This document shows, piece by piece, positions 61,496 through 64,000 of a stretch of DNA of 64,000 nucleotides. The translations under genes and the position numbers were made by a program. The DNA comes from Podarcis melisellensis. Taxonomy: Eukaryota. How positions within the stretch are numbered: the stretch's first letter is position 1; every line of letters begins with the position of its first letter. Location of the stretch: NCBI GenBank assembly GCA_964234715.1, contig OZ174279.1. One strand, written 5' to 3'. The notes below the pieces were generated by a model. The model did no database searches. It worked only from the letters and a program-made list of their open reading frames with translations, and was not told where the DNA came from.

Positions 61496-63361
61496 TAATA
61501 GGGAAGATCTAGCTCTATGTATAGAGTTGTGCTTGTGAACAGACCTACCAGTTACCTTGTGTGCCCCTATGATTAGCCCACAGCTATTTATTAAAGCTTT
61601 TGATCGTTGACTCCTTTTGACATGGTTTCATTGTGTTGTGTGCATTGGCCGCCATGCTTCCCTTTGGGTAGAGTTCTACATAAAGGCACATCTGTACTGA
61701 AGCGTTAACTTTATGCCTATGTATATTATTGTTTATGGTGGAAATAAATGTGTTCTCTGAATAGAAATGAAATGTAGCTGTACAGTTTCTGACCTGAGAA
61801 TGCTAATAATTGCATGGCTTCTGCTACCTAAAGTACTCCTAAATCAAACTGCCCTGGAGGCCTAACCCTCCTAGTGTATTTTCTAATTTTATTTACACAA
61901 ACATTTATAGACCACACACAGATATAAGCTATCAAGCTAAGGTACAACAGAATATACAGTTCAACAGAACATAAAATACTCATTAAAATAACAGACTCAT
62001 CTTTTAAAAGTTTAATCAACTGAGGAGGCCTGTCAGCCTAAGAGATGCCTGGAAATTTTAGGATGCTTGCCGAATCTCTGACAGAAGAGTATCAGAGTTG
62101 TTTGGCTAAGAAAGATCCCAACCTCCACCACCCAACCTCAGATTCTTAGAAGGTGCCCTTTCCAGTGCAAAAGGAAGGAACCTTCTAGAGGAAGGTGATA
62201 TTCTGTTGCCTCAGGTAAGCCTCCACAGTACAAAGCAAAATTCCTGTAAAAATTGGCTGTCTTGGGCCACTCAGATAGCAGTCATTGGTCAATGTAAGAG
62301 GTTGCTGGGAACAGAAGCCGGTTCGACTAGAGCTGGTACTCCAATGTGACAAACTTGTTCCAACAAAGGTCAGAGCTAGAAAGGACTGAATTCTCTCTGT
62401 AAGAAGTGCCCCATGCTCTGAAACAGGTACTCTGGCAAGTAGGACTATGAGACTGTAGTCCCTAGGGCAGACATCTAAGGAGGCTTGGTTGGCTGCTTGG
62501 ATGCACATGCTTGCTGGGTCTAGAATTTAAGTTTGGAGATGCCACACTGTCCTGAACCCCTGGTCCACCTGGCAGCAAGTCAGTATATCAAGTCCCCAGT
62601 TCAAGGTCAATCCGCATGCCCAAAGTCCTGCAGATATCCTGGTGCATCCAAGCTGAGTTCCATCAACATGGACAGTTGAGTAGACCCAGCACCTCAGCTC
62701 TGCTGCCCTTTTGTACTTTGCATGCTGATTGCAGCATCTGGGCTTCATGAGACCTGTGATCATCACCTGTTCTGAGCCTACTCCAGCTGAGGAATCACAC
62801 ACCTTGCCTGCCTCAGCCTCCTGGAGTGCCCTGCCCGCTGCTCCCTACACCTCAGAGCCCACCATGTTCATGGAGACAGGAGCACCTCTTGCTCTGGTGA
62901 TGGGTCCTATTGTTCTGGTTCCTGTGCACTGACCCCCCACCCCCTCCATCATCCCATGAGTACTTCCTACATCAACTCCTCCTTCCCCAATCTCCAGCTT
63001 GCCCAGTCCCAGTCCTGGCTACACCGTTCGCTGGGATCGTCTTCCTCCTCCCCTGCCAGTTCATGACAACATACGTCCCTCTGAAAGGTATTTCTTTGCA
63101 GACACTTTCCCCTAGTTTTGATCCAGAAATGAAGATATCCTAGGGCCATATTGTGATGCCACAGTCGTAATGAGATGACATAACAGTGTTCTGTATGTAT
63201 GCAGACATCACCACTTGTTGCTGCTTTTGAGGGCCTGAAGTCATGCTTTTTCTGGGAGAAAGGTGGAAGGGATATGGGAAGGAAATTATAAGCCTTCTTT
63301 CAGCAGCCCGTAATCATCTCTCACTGAGTCTTGACAGGAATCCAGAGCAGCATTCCTGAAC

Positions 63362-63480
63362 ATGGCTACAAAAATGACTCGCTACAAGCGTCTCCATGGG
63401 AAAACCCGACATTCCCTGGAATTGCTTCAGCTAACTTCTTTTGTTCCTGAAACACCTGCTTTAGATAATAAAGAACACCT
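63362..63480 (+). CDS. Possible first coding exon of the next gene (MATKMTRYKRLHGKTRHSLELLQLTSFVPETPALDNKEH...); BTBD16 expected by synteny, unconfirmed
   Basis: ttgacag| acceptor at 63337, aacATGG Kozak context, open frame to a CT|gtaagt donor. I do not recognise the peptide. Confidence 0.35.
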
Positions 63481-64000
63481 GTAAGTAGTGGCTAACGTTT
63501 TGAGAGATTTATCTGAAGTGCTTTTCTTCTGGGGGTCCTCAAAGGTATGTGGTACTGGCACCTTTTCTAGAAGAAAAGCACTGGTTAAAAGTGTGGCGTT
63601 TACTGTAAAAACATCATGGTGAGTACTGGCACCTATTTTTTTCTAGAGGAAAAGCACTACATATTTATAATGGGTGGTACTACTGAATGGTGAAGAGAAA
63701 GAGCTAAAGAGACCTCTTTTGCTTCTAGATTCCAGAACGTGTGATGCATTCTAGAAGGGATGGGCTGTGTTCTAAAAGGAAGTGGGGCAACAGCATGTCA
63801 TTGGCTACTGCTGTTTACTCAGATTACAATTATTTTATTTTACTAGATTTATTAGTCACTAGTTAGCATGGTCTCCAATTGTCATTTAAAAACAAAACAA
63901 AAAGATTACACCAATAAAAATTCATATAAAACATTAACATTCTCATACAAACACCTATAATTCATGCCTACAGAAAACAATGCTACCATTGCCATAAAAG

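Noticed and set aside
62500-63150. Moderately GC-rich stretch with overlapping short ORFs
   Set aside because: No consistent splice signals or recognisable domain; probably an old repeat.
1-64000. Prokaryotic-type systems (CRISPR arrays, operons, defence islands)
   Set aside because: The sequence is intron-rich vertebrate DNA with no regularly spaced repeat-spacer array.

Overview
Vertebrate genomic DNA, most likely from a squamate and probably a lacertid lizard, judged from the Sauria-SINE and other squamate tRNA/CR1-SINE copies. It is AT-rich and CpG-depleted, with one 173-N gap. Most of the window (about 6.6-55.6 kb, + strand) is the 3' part of TACC2. I traced a phase-consistent exon chain from the SSDSEEAFETPE exon, through the large SDP-repeat exon, to the C-terminal TACC coiled coil (stop at 55164). 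The chain includes 36-nt, 90-nt and 9-nt cassette exons flanked by NOVA-, RBFOX- and SRRM4-type motifs. Two things stand out. (1) An internal alternative first exon (ATG 6592) encodes MAFTSWQILSPMQWTRWMWTAVR, a clear homologue of the TACC1 N-terminus, and splices through a GC-AG intron to give a short TACC2 isoform of about 1062 aa. (2) An intact three-exon Ly6/uPAR (three-finger) gene of 122 aa (signal peptide, 10-Cys LU domain, GPI-type tail) starts about 1.3 kb after the TACC2 poly(A) signals, where I know of no mammalian counterpart. A possible first coding exon of the next gene lies at about 63.4 kb. The introns contain many SINEs, MITEs and a TSD-flanked L1 fragment. Homology calls are from memory of the protein families; no database search was run.
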